This document shows, one piece after another, positions 20,220-28,687 of a stretch of 64,000 bases of DNA; the stretch's first letter is position 1; every line of letters starts with the position of its first letter. The position numbers were made by a program, and so were the translations under genes. The stretch is from Alteromonas sp. GTDB lineage: Bacteria > Margulisbacteria > Marinamargulisbacteria > UBA6595. Below the pieces are notes generated by a model. It saw only the letters and a program-made list of their open reading frames with translations. It did no database searches and had not been told where the DNA came from. Location: assembly GCA_964220215.1 (NCBI GenBank), contig CAXPTH010000003.1:5246-69245 (forward strand). Direction: 5' to 3'.

Positions 20220-23200
20220 TTATTTCTTATCAAGATGATCTAGACTTATTACCTTCGTACAATCTTTTTCTGCTTTTAAAGGAGGGAAAGAACTGTCTAC
20301 TGCTGCTGCTCGTGCTTCTGGAGACTCCTCTAATGCTTGTATCACTTTTTCAAAATATATCATATTGATATGGAAATCGTTGCCTTTTATATTGAACGTC
20401 GAGTTATATAAATACTTTTTATACATATTAAAACGAAAATATGGATAAATATTTAATTCTTTCTTAATTTTTTCTAGTTCGCTTTTAAAACTCTCTGGTA
20501 AATTTTGAATAGCTATTGCTTCATCCAGGTTTTCTAATACTTGTTTTTTTGTTGTTATATGATTGAAGTTATCTATATTAAGGAAAAAACTATCATTAGT
20601 TTTTATATTTTTATTTAGTATCTCGCTTGCAGATATCACTGCTTCTGCTCGTGCTTCTGCTCGTGCTTCTGCTTTTGCTTCTGCTCGTGCTTCTGCTGCT
20701 GCTTCTACTCGTTTTGCTGCTCGTGCTTCTTCTGCTTCTGCTGCTGCTAGTGCTGCTACTGGTGCTGCATCTGATTCTACTGATGCTGCATCTGATTCTA
20801 CTGCTGCTGCTGCTCGTGCTTCTGCTATTTTAATTGAACTCATTTCAACGCCTACACTGAAAAAATTAGAAATTAGATATGACAATGAGTTATTAGAAAC
20901 GCTCTTGTTAATAAAATAATCAAGTACTAACAACGGAATAACTGGAACAAATGTAGCCAGTGATTTTTTATATTTATGATCGGGGTATTTTGAACTAATT
21001 ATAGAAATTAAAATCTGTGCTAGAGCAGCTAAACCAGGGGCTATAAAACTAGGGGCTATATTAAGGTTATCAGAAATAGAAGCAGGTATTAGACTCACCT
21101 CATCAAGACAATTCAAAATAAGTCTGACTAGAGGAGGTGCTTCATAGTCAAACTGCCTCAAGATATCGATTCCTAAACGACCAAATACGCTAATAAGTAT
21201 TAGTGCAAAAGCTATGTATCCTAAAAGATCTTTTTGATATTTTATATCTTGAATATTGGTTTTTAGTCTACTGAGCAAAGCTGTTTTTTCTTGAGGACTA
21301 AGATTATCCAATTTATCTCTTAATTCTTTATCACTAATTAAATCAAGAAGAGCCGTAAAGGCCTTCTCATTTTCATAACTTAATCGACGACCAGAGGGGG
21401 TATGCGAATCGAGTGCACGCAAAAGCTTGTCTATGCTGTCCGTTTTTGGAAGCCGATAAAGCTCCATAACATTTTTGTTTTTAATTATATCTATTAATTC
21501 TTCATCTGTGAAAGACAAGGTTATTGATGTGCCTGTTGTTGTGTCAATCACGGTGACGACGGTGCTAGTGGTTCTGGTTGCTGTGTTGGTTGTGGAAACA
21601 ATGGTGGCGGTGGTGGTGCCTGTTGTTGATAGGGTTGTGGTTGTGGTGGTGGTGGATGTCTTACTTGTGGTGCTTGAGGTTGACGTGGGCGATGTGGTGG
21701 TGGATGTTGCTGTCGTTGTTGAGGTTGCTGATATGCCTGTTGTTGTGTCAGTCACGGTGGTAGTGGCGGTGGTGTTTCCGGTTGCTGTGTTGGTTGTGGT
21801 CACGGTGGTGGTGGTGGTGGTGGGTGTTGTTGATAGGGTTGTGGTTGTGGTGGTGGTGGGTGTAGTCGTGGTGGTGCTTGAGCTTGATGTGGTTGATGTG
21901 GTGGGCGTTGTTGTCGTTGTTGAGGTTGTTGATGTGCTTGTTGTTGTGTCAGTCACGGTGGTAGTGGCGGTGGTGGTTCCGGTTGCTGTGTTGGTTGTGG
22001 TCACGGTGGTGGTGGTGGTGGTGGGTGTTGTTGATAGGGTTGTGGTTGTGGTGGTGGTGGGTGTAGTCGTGGTGGTTGACGTGGGCGATGTGGTGGATGT
22101 TGTTGTCGTTGTTGAGGTTGTTGATGTGCCTGTTGTTGTGTCAGTCACGGTGGTAGTGGCGGTGGCGGTTGTGGTGCCTGTTGTTGATGTACTTGTTTCT
22201 GTTACTGTTTTTGTTGTCGATGTTGGTGTGATCGTTGTTGTGGTGGTTGATGTTGATGTTGATGTTTTTGATGTTGTTGTGATTGTTAATGATGTGGTGG
22301 TACCTGTGCTTGGTGAAGTTGTTAGCGTGACCGATGTTGTGAATGCACACTGAATAGCGGCATCGAAATTTTCATTCGTATCCAAGCAATTTGCAATATG
22401 TTTTTCGCTCAAGTCAAGCTGGCCACCTTGGCCATCATCTAAAATAGCATTTACAGCCTGTTCAATGTTATTTGAAATTTCTCCAAGTTTAGCTAAAATA
22501 ATTTGTTTTATATTATTGTATTGTGCATTGTTTAAATCGTTTGCGTTATAAATTCCCCATGCTAACCATTGTGCAGCAGCGTCTGCAGTACCAGATACTT
22601 TTGCCTGATCAACAGCATATTGCCAATTTGATGAACTTTTTTGCCCGGATCCTCTGAGATTACCTATTTTACTCGTAGTTTTAGGTCTGGTGCTTGATCC
22701 ATCTGCACGTGAACCTGTTGCTGGCACTATTCCCATAAAACCTGATGGCTGTGCGTCTGCAGTAGTTGCTGCCATAAGTAGAGTAGCGATTCGTAAAATA
22801 CTAATAGCAGCTGAACTACCAGCTCTCCTGTTTCTACTTCTCTTAGCATCTTTCTGCTCTTCCCAGGCAAATTTAACGCTATGTATAGTATCTTCAAACA
22901 CTGGTTCTTGATACAGATTGTCTATCATGTTGGCTGTGTTGATGTTTTCTAATAACTCCGTTATCGATTCTTTATTACAGGTATAGTGAGTCACCGTGTC
23001 GTTATCAAATTCAAATAACACTGGAGGGTTATTGTTGAATTCTTTTAGTTCAGCGATGCTTTTTTCAATATCTGTCTGTAATTCTTTACTTTTTTTTGCA
23101 GTGCTCTTTAAATGCTCCAAACACGTGATTGTCTTTCTGTAATTATCTAAGTTTGTTAGAAATCGTTTTGCTTGACTAATTGATTTCTGTACTTCTAATG

Positions 23201-24299
23201 AACTTTCAATACAATTAATCGGATTGGCAAATAATTGGTTTGGATTGTTTTTATGGTTATTTAAGTTTTCGTTGAATATCGTTGTGTCAATAGTTTTAGC
23301 TTCTTTTTTTAATTCGGCGATTGTTTCAAATTGACCGATTGAATCATTTAGCCAACTTACTGCTCGTTCCAACTCAGGAGTAACAGACGCTGAATTGAGC
23401 AAGTGTTCTAATAAAGTATTGTTTGTTATGTTTGCTAACTGGTTTTTTAGGTCCTCATTAATAACGCCATCTTTTTTTAATGCCTTAAGTCGTTGAGGAA
23501 AATTACTTAGTGTGGTGTAGTGTTGAGTCAATAACTTAGCATTCAAAGCAATGGTGTCTACAGTGGCCTTAGTTAGTGGTTTTTCAGAAGAAAGAGCCTC
23601 ATGAATAGTGGTTAAAATTTTGTTTTGAATCGCTGAGTGTTTTGTCTGAAGGGTTTCATCCAATACTTGGGTGAGTTCTGTAAGCCTATTGAGTAAGTTG
23701 TTGGGATCACTTGATTTCAGATTTTCTATTTTTTTACAAATAACCTTAATTGTTTCAGAATCGCTATCCTTATGCTTGTCTAGAACAAATTGTATATAGT
23801 GTTTGGATACTTCTTGCTTGATTTTGGTTGCTTGTTGGCTAATCTGACAAATGTTTTCTTTTTTAGTTAGAACGGCATCCAATTCATTAAGCGTATTACT
23901 TAGTTCTGTGCTTTTTTTATTTATTTCTTTGTTTAAATAGCACGCTGTGCTTAAGTTAAGCAGCAATTGTGATTTTGTTAAAATTTTCCCTGGTAGCTGG
24001 TTGTCATTTTGATTGTTTCTGGATTGGTTTATTTGCTCATTTATAATATTTTTTAGTTTAATTAATTGTTGTGGACAGTCTTTCCCGAGTTTAACCATGA
24101 TTTCGTAAGATTTTATATTAAACTGATAAGCCTCTTGAATTTTTTGATTGGTAGGAGTGACTGGATTAGGCCCCCATGCTGGTATAGGGGAGGTCTGACT
24201 TTTTGTAAATGGTTTTGTTTTCACGCCATTTTTCGTTTGGCTTGATGCTAATCTAGCTGATGCTGGTCTAGCTGATAATTTTTGTATTTTTGTTGTCAT
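20220..24299 (-). CDS. giant coiled-coil / mucin-like Thr-Pro-rich repeat protein with C-terminal hydrophobic segments and an (EARA)n tract
   Basis: 1359-aa ORF. The N-terminal ~480 aa are Asn/Lys/Leu-rich and coiled-coil-like. A central ~330-aa run is almost pure Thr/Ser/Pro in ~64-67-aa repeats. The C-terminus has three hydrophobic helices and AEARAEAKAEARAEARAEA. The DNA is visibly AT-rich relative to its neighbours. Confidence 0.7.
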   Translation of the reverse strand: MTTKIQKLSARPASARLASSQTKNGVKTKPFTKSQTSPIPAWGPNPVTPTNQKIQEAYQFNIKSYEIMVKLGKDCPQQLIKLKNIINEQINQSRNNQNDNQLPGKILTKSQLLLNLSTACYLNKEINKKSTELSNTLNELDAVLTKKENICQISQQATKIKQEVSKHYIQFVLDKHKDSDSETIKVICKKIENLKSSDPNNLLNRLTELTQVLDETLQTKHSAIQNKILTTIHEALSSEKPLTKATVDTIALNAKLLTQHYTTLSNFPQRLKALKKDGVINEDLKNQLANITNNTLLEHLLNSASVTPELERAVSWLNDSIGQFETIAELKKEAKTIDTTIFNENLNNHKNNPNQLFANPINCIESSLEVQKSISQAKRFLTNLDNYRKTITCLEHLKSTAKKSKELQTDIEKSIAELKEFNNNPPVLFEFDNDTVTHYTCNKESITELLENINTANMIDNLYQEPVFEDTIHSVKFAWEEQKDAKRSRNRRAGSSAAISILRIATLLMAATTADAQPSGFMGIVPATGSRADGSSTRPKTTSKIGNLRGSGQKSSSNWQYAVDQAKVSGTADAAAQWLAWGIYNANDLNNAQYNNIKQIILAKLGEISNNIEQAVNAILDDGQGGQLDLSEKHIANCLDTNENFDAAIQCAFTTSVTLTTSPSTGTTTSLTITTTSKTSTSTSTTTTTITPTSTTKTVTETSTSTTGTTTATATTTVTDTTTGTSTTSTTTTTSTTSPTSTTTTTPTTTTTTTLSTTPTTTTTTVTTTNTATGTTTATTTVTDTTTSTSTTSTTTTTPTTSTTSSSSTTTTTPTTTTTTTLSTTPTTTTTTVTTTNTATGNTTATTTVTDTTTGISATSTTTATSTTTSPTSTSSTTSKTSTTTTTTTLSTTGTTTATIVSTTNTATRTTSTVVTVIDTTTGTSITLSFTDEELIDIIKNKNVMELYRLPKTDSIDKLLRALDSHTPSGRRLSYENEKAFTALLDLISDKELRDKLDNLSPQEKTALLSRLKTNIQDIKYQKDLLGYIAFALILISVFGRLGIDILRQFDYEAPPLVRLILNCLDEVSLIPASISDNLNIAPSFIAPGLAALAQILISIISSKYPDHKYKKSLATFVPVIPLLVLDYFINKSVSNNSLSYLISNFFSVGVEMSSIKIAEARAAAAVESDAASVESDAAPVAALAAAEAEEARAAKRVEAAAEARAEAKAEARAEARAEAVISASEILNKNIKTNDSFFLNIDNFNHITTKKQVLENLDEAIAIQNLPESFKSELEKIKKELNIYPYFRFNMYKKYLYNSTFNIKGNDFHINMIYFEKVIQALEESPEARAAAVDSSFPPLKAEKDCTKVISLDHLDKK
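20640..20830. repeat. 12-bp simple sequence repeat (gcttctgctcgt)n encoding (EARA)n, plus a duplicated ESDAASV unit
   Basis: Read directly: gcttctgctcgtgcttctgctcgtgcttctgcttttgcttctgctcgt... Confidence 0.8.
21480..22350. repeat. intragenic tandem repeat, about four copies of a 192-201-bp unit encoding the Thr-rich module
   Basis: The unit tgttgttgtgtcagtcacggtggtagtggcggtgg... recurs at about 21738, 21939 and 22131, with a diverged copy near 21534. Confidence 0.8.
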
Positions 24300-24329
24300 A
24301 TATCTCCCCTTTCTTGATTCTTAATTTCT

Positions 24330-25265
24330 TTAAAATGTTATGCCTGCAAACACGGTGCCAACGAGGGTTCGTTCTTTGGTTAGTCGTTTCCGACCATATT
24401 CATCTACGGATAGCTCCCCTGGATTTTCTTGAAATCTGGCTTGCGTGCCAATTAGTATCGAATTTATGCTGAGCATAGCCCCCAATTCGCCATATACTGA
24501 TACTTGATTATTGGTGTAATAGAATTGCCGGGGTTGAACAATAAGATCTTCCCTCTTGATATTATCGATATCATTCACAATAGATTCAATTAGATTTTGT
24601 CTTGGTAACGTGTAGTTTTTCCCATAAATGCTGGCTGTGCTAATCACGAGCCCTCCGCCAATGTACAGATCAAATTGGGTATTGTATGCGTGTTTGGCGT
24701 ACAGTGATTTGCGCACTCCCAACCGGCCGGCGTGGATGTATTTGCTGCTACCACTGTTGGATAAGTTAAATATTTCGGTTAGGTTACTTGTGTCCCGGAA
24801 AGCATACATATTCGCATCAATAGCTATATATATAACTGGCATCTTTATGGTAACCCCTGGACGATATTCATGAACAACGGTATGCCCGTATCCGGCGACA
24901 ACCCATAGTTGAGGGCTTAGCCATTGCCGGCTAATTTCAATGCCTTGTTCATACCCAAACCGTTTGCTTGGTTTTAGGCTTACTGTGTAATTTGTATTTT
25001 CATTTCCATTAATATAGTATTCCTCAACCGATTTAGCTGGCGGTTGACTGCTTTGGTATGGCCCGGGTCCCAGGGGTAGACCACCATATAGTCGTACTTG
25101 CCACATGCCCCAGTTGGGTTTTCGAGTCTGTTTATTGTGTGTCGTGTTTACTTCATCCGTAGCGTTTTCGTGAATGTTGTAATGCAGCTCGGCAAATCCA
25201 TTGGTTGTGTATAAACCGATGAATACAGCGATGATAAATTTAGTGTGCAAGTTTAGTTTTTTCAT
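24330..25265 (-). CDS. outer-membrane beta-barrel protein (signal peptide, C-terminal Phe)
   Basis: MKKLNLHTKFIIAVFIGLYTTNGFA signal peptide, alternating amphipathic strands, terminal ...FAGITF. Confidence 0.55.
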   Translation of the reverse strand: MKKLNLHTKFIIAVFIGLYTTNGFAELHYNIHENATDEVNTTHNKQTRKPNWGMWQVRLYGGLPLGPGPYQSSQPPAKSVEEYYINGNENTNYTVSLKPSKRFGYEQGIEISRQWLSPQLWVVAGYGHTVVHEYRPGVTIKMPVIYIAIDANMYAFRDTSNLTEIFNLSNSGSSKYIHAGRLGVRKSLYAKHAYNTQFDLYIGGGLVISTASIYGKNYTLPRQNLIESIVNDIDNIKREDLIVQPRQFYYTNNQVSVYGELGAMLSINSILIGTQARFQENPGELSVDEYGRKRLTKERTLVGTVFAGITF

Positions 25266-25325
25266 TTTTCCCTTCTAATTCCCCTTCTATTTTTCCCTTC
25301 TAATTCTCCTTCTAATATTTTTGAT
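25265..25325. repeat. short direct repeats (cccttctaattc / ccttcta, 4 copies) upstream of the OMP gene
   Basis: Seen in sequence. On the gene strand these read as reiterated AGAAGG(G/A)GAATTAG, i.e. repeated SD-like elements. Confidence 0.5.
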
Positions 25326-25455
25326 TTTATGTGTTTCTCTGTTTTATTTTTAAAAACACAACTTAAATTATAATAAAATTCGATACAAATGTCAACAATT
25401 TATTTTAAAAATGGATTAATTTGTGTCAAAAATAGAGGGGCGGTTTGGGTGTTGA

Positions 25456-26505
25456 TTAGAGATAGTTGTCTGGGTGGGGGATGGGTAGATTTAGATGGGG
25501 GTATCGATCCGTGAGTGATCGGGCAAAATGGTAGTCAAGTTCTTGAATAGACTGGGGCAGTGGGTATAAGTGCCCATAGTGCATGGCGGTGTAGTGGGGG
25601 CCTTCTCCAAAAAACCGTTGCCACATGTCCCAGCGTTCCATACAGAAGTAAATGAGGGTTTCTGGCTTCAGGTATCGGTAAAGATCGGCCAAAATATGGG
25701 CATACATCTGGTTTCGAATGGGTTTTGGGTATCGCAATTTGCCATCATCCCCCAGTACCATTTCAGCGGCAGTGAGTGAAGACGTTGGAAAATTGCTTTC
25801 CATTTTCTTTTTCATTTCGGGTTTGAATCGCAAGGAGCCAATGGATAGCCAGGCTAATCGATCGGGTTGAATGTGTGCAAACAATTGATCCACTAAATCG
25901 GTGTATTCGGCTTCCCAGTTATCATGAATAATCATGGGGTCAATGTGCACGCCCACCAGGTAGCCGGCATCGTAAACCGCTTTCATGGCGGCCAATCGAT
26001 CCGCTAGTCGCGCGGTTTTATGTTCTTCGGCATTCACTACGGCATGGGTGTTTAGCGACCAAGACACAACGGTTTTTTGCCCGTGATCTAGGGTTAAAAT
26101 GGGGGCGACTACATCGGATTTTGTTTTTAGCTCCAGTAAGGCATTGGGGATATCTCGAAATCGCTCAATGAGCGCCGCCGCTTGACCGGTTTGAACCTCC
26201 AATGCGAGGCTGTCGCCCAGTTCCCAGGTGCCAATTCGAAAGAGCCGGTTGGGTTCTCGATCCACTTTTTCGTGGACATTGGCCATGATGGCGTCAATGT
26301 CTTGAATGACTTTGGTGTTGCCGTCGTTGAGGTAGTCTTGTAAAAAACAGTAGCTGCAATCAAAGGGGCAATTGCTTACGGTTTTAATAACTTGAACATT
26401 GCAGCATACATATTTGTTGCTAATGGTGGCACAGGTGTCCATGACATCGCCTTTTTTGGGGATATATTGGATCTTCGCTTTGCCGTCGCGATAGTATCGG
26501 CTCAT
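25456..26505 (-). CDS. radical SAM enzyme of the spore-photoproduct-lyase (SPL/COG1533) family
   Basis: CPFDCSYC (CxxxCxxC) radical SAM cluster motif near the N-terminus; 349 aa; overall SPL-like arrangement. Confidence 0.7.
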   Translation of the reverse strand: MSRYYRDGKAKIQYIPKKGDVMDTCATISNKYVCCNVQVIKTVSNCPFDCSYCFLQDYLNDGNTKVIQDIDAIMANVHEKVDREPNRLFRIGTWELGDSLALEVQTGQAAALIERFRDIPNALLELKTKSDVVAPILTLDHGQKTVVSWSLNTHAVVNAEEHKTARLADRLAAMKAVYDAGYLVGVHIDPMIIHDNWEAEYTDLVDQLFAHIQPDRLAWLSIGSLRFKPEMKKKMESNFPTSSLTAAEMVLGDDGKLRYPKPIRNQMYAHILADLYRYLKPETLIYFCMERWDMWQRFFGEGPHYTAMHYGHLYPLPQSIQELDYHFARSLTDRYPHLNLPIPHPDNYL

Positions 26506-27416
26506 AGCAATGCCATCATACTGGATACTACGGGTTCAGCCTTTTGAAGTTGTTGGCTTAAGTGGTTGAGTTCGTGCGGGTCTCTGAGTGTGCAATGCAG
26601 GGCCAATTGGCGATTTTCCAAGCTATGGTCCCACTGAATTTGAATGCCGTCAGGTGCGGTTTGAGATAGTTGGGTTAGCTGGGCATTGACGGTATGCACG
26701 GTGGGTTGGACTTGGTTGCTTAGATGCTGAATTAATGCGGAAGCTCCCTGGGTCTTGAGAATGTGCTGCGTGTCTGGCTCAGCAAGGATGGCGGATGCGG
26801 GTGTATTGTGACGTTTAGATAAGTCATGCAATTGATCGGCAATGCGAAGCCAATTGCTGCTGGATACGTGTACAGACGCAACGACTGTTTCTAGAGTATG
26901 CAAGAGCTCTTGGGTATAGGAAGCCAGTCGCAAGCACACGGCAAAACTTAGGGCGTGTTGGTGGCAGCGGGTTTGAATTGTTTGGGGTAGCTGAGCGATT
27001 TTTTTACTGTGAACGAGCAGTGCGTTGTAATGCTGAAGGCCCAAGGGGGCGCAGTGGTCGGCCAATGAGGCCGTCGTGGATTTCCAGTTTAATAAAAACA
27101 AGACTTTTTGCATCACTGAACGGTTTAGTTTTTCTGCGTGGGCCTCGAGCATGAGCGTGTATTGCTCAAATTCAGACGCGGGTATTAGGCTGGCCAGGAT
27201 ATGCGTGCTGGGGCAGTGTGTTAAGCGTTGGTAGCCGTCTAGTAGCGTATAGCCATCTGCGGTAGGGGTTACCCATATGGGCGATAGGATTCCGGTTTGA
27301 TGCATTGACTGAACCAACGATTCGCGTGGTGGCGTGGCTAGATGTTTGGGGAAGCTGGATTCGTAGTCTGTGATGTTAATGTCTGCAATCGCAATAGTGG
27401 TTTGGCGTATTCCCAT
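26502..27416 (-). CDS. ParB/Sulfiredoxin-like N-terminal domain protein with helical C-terminal region
   Basis: ILSPIWVTPTADGYTLLDGYQRL resembles the ParB/Srx core (DGxxR). Its stop overlaps the SPL start (ATGA). Confidence 0.5.
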   Translation of the reverse strand: MGIRQTTIAIADINITDYESSFPKHLATPPRESLVQSMHQTGILSPIWVTPTADGYTLLDGYQRLTHCPSTHILASLIPASEFEQYTLMLEAHAEKLNRSVMQKVLFLLNWKSTTASLADHCAPLGLQHYNALLVHSKKIAQLPQTIQTRCHQHALSFAVCLRLASYTQELLHTLETVVASVHVSSSNWLRIADQLHDLSKRHNTPASAILAEPDTQHILKTQGASALIQHLSNQVQPTVHTVNAQLTQLSQTAPDGIQIQWDHSLENRQLALHCTLRDPHELNHLSQQLQKAEPVVSSMMALL

Positions 27417-27528
27417 AATTGTCTAATCAGTGTACCATTTTGATTAAAGACTTTAAATTGATTAATTAACTTGATTGAATTTTAGATATAGTCTTAATCT
27501 TAATTGCATAAAATCAAGAGGAGCTTTT

Positions 27529-28242
27529 ATGACAAACATATCCAGATGTAATGCCCGTCAATACCATGCATTATCGACACAAGGTAGTATTCCGCCTGCT
27601 CTGGCGGTAGTGATAGAAGAAGAAAAAAATATGCTTTGCTAAAGGCTTTGGAATACGTTCAATCTAGCGGAAAATACTTGGCTCATCTCCCACAGTTTGC
27701 AGATAATAAAGACGTTGTTATGGCTGCGATTAATCAGAATCCGGTAGCAATTCATTGGGCAGATAGTAGTCTTAAAGAAGATCCAGAAATTGCGTCTATG
27801 GCTCTCAATAAGGAACCCAAAACCTTGGAGTTTTTGCCTGATAGTATAAAAAATAACAAGGAATTAGTGCTGGAAGCGGTTCAAAAATTCGGCTTAGTTT
27901 TTCGGCTTAGTTTTAGAGTACGCATCGGATGCGCTGAAAGATGATTCAGACGTAGTTGAAGCCGCTGTGAAAAGTTCTTGGGAATCATTTTTATTTGCAT
28001 CTGATCGATTGAAGCAGTCTGGGCATATTCGTGCGGCTTCAGGCAAGGAAGATAGATTTCTAAACCGTTTGAAGTGCGTTCACTCAACAATAAGTGGGCG
28101 AATTAGATTGCAACCAATTACTTTTTTTGATGATCGTTGTGAAGCTTCTGATAAAATCCGTATTGTTTTGTCTGATTCTAATGATGAAAATATGAAAAAT
28201 TGTTGGGGTTTACAATGGCTATTAAACTTTCCTTGCCAATAA
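27529..28242 (+). pseudogene. DUF4116 (eukaryote-like repeat) gene disrupted by two frameshifts
   Basis: Strong SD (aagaggag) then ATG at 27529. The frame is lost at the A7 run (27623-27629). It resumes as KALEYVQSSGKYLAHLPQFADNKDVVMAAINQNPVAIHWADSSLKEDPEIASMALNKEPKTLEFLPDSIKNNKELVLEAVQKFGL, is lost again at a 13-bp tandem duplication, then continues as LEYASDALKDDSDVVEAAVKSSWESFLFASDRLKQ. These are DUF4116 repeats. Confidence 0.6.
27888..27913. repeat. perfect 13-bp tandem duplication (ttcggcttagttt x2) causing a frameshift in the DUF4116 gene
   Basis: Read directly. Removing one copy restores ...AVQKFGLVLEYASDALKDD... Confidence 0.85.
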
Positions 28243-28536
28243 CTCGGCAGCTAATCCCCCTCGATAGCATTGCGTTAGGTGGACGTATTTTTCAGCCCAT
28301 TGCAAATGGGTATCATAGTTCCCCTGGACTGTTTTTACATAGCGTCCGGGAACGCCCACCCACAATTCATTGGGGCCGACTCGGGTGTTTTCTTTGATCA
28401 CAGTTCCGGCGCCAATCGTGACCGACTCCCCAATAACCACGCACCGATTATTATCCCCAATAATATCCGCACTGGGCGCCACCCAGGCCGATTCATGAAT
28501 CCGTGGGGATTGACTGGGGATGACCATGCATGGCAA
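28222..28536 (-). CDS. hexapeptide-repeat (gamma-carbonic-anhydrase/YrdA-like) protein, internally shortened, possibly inactive
   Basis: N-terminus (ESAWVAPSADIIGD) and C-terminus (VVIGESVTIGAGTVIKENTRVGPNELWVGVPGRYVKTVQGNYDTHLQWAEKYVHL) are gamma-CA-like. About 60 central residues, including the His ligands, are missing. Confidence 0.45.
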   Translation of the reverse strand: MPCMVIPSQSPRIHESAWVAPSADIIGDNNRCVVIGESVTIGAGTVIKENTRVGPNELWVGVPGRYVKTVQGNYDTHLQWAEKYVHLTQCYRGGLAAELLARKV

Positions 28537-28687
28537 TCGTGATTTTATTCTGGAAGCGGTGAAGCAGAATGGGGATGCGTTGCAGTTTGCGAGTGAGGAA
28601 GTGCGTGGTGATCGTGATATGGTGAAGGCAGCGGTGTGGGATTGTGAAAATGCGGTTCGGTATGTGAGGTGGTATAGTACTCAATGA
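28526..28687 (+). pseudogene. orphan DUF4116 repeat fragment (53 codons)
   Basis: MHGNRDFILEAVKQNGDALQFASEEVRGDRDMVKAAVWDCENAVRYV is one DUF4116 repeat. It lies on the far side of the inverse hexapeptide gene from the main DUF4116 pseudogene. Confidence 0.45.

Noticed and set aside
21480-22350. Regular ~200-bp tandem repeats that could be mistaken for a CRISPR array or satellite
   Set aside because: The repeats are in-frame coding units (Thr-rich modules) with no short unique spacers and no cas genes. The period is far too long for CRISPR.
20563-22353. ORFs on the plus strand (20563-20919, 20627-20833, 21475-22353, 21578-21763) and minus-frame 22141-22350 with poly-Leu/poly-Val/poly-Asn translations
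   Set aside because: They lie inside the 1359-aa minus-strand gene and are simply alternative-frame or antisense readings of its low-complexity repeat DNA. They have no start context or composition of their own.
28493-28684. 63-aa minus-strand ORF
   Set aside because: Antisense to the DUF4116 repeat fragment; no motif. The plus-strand reading is the one with family similarity.
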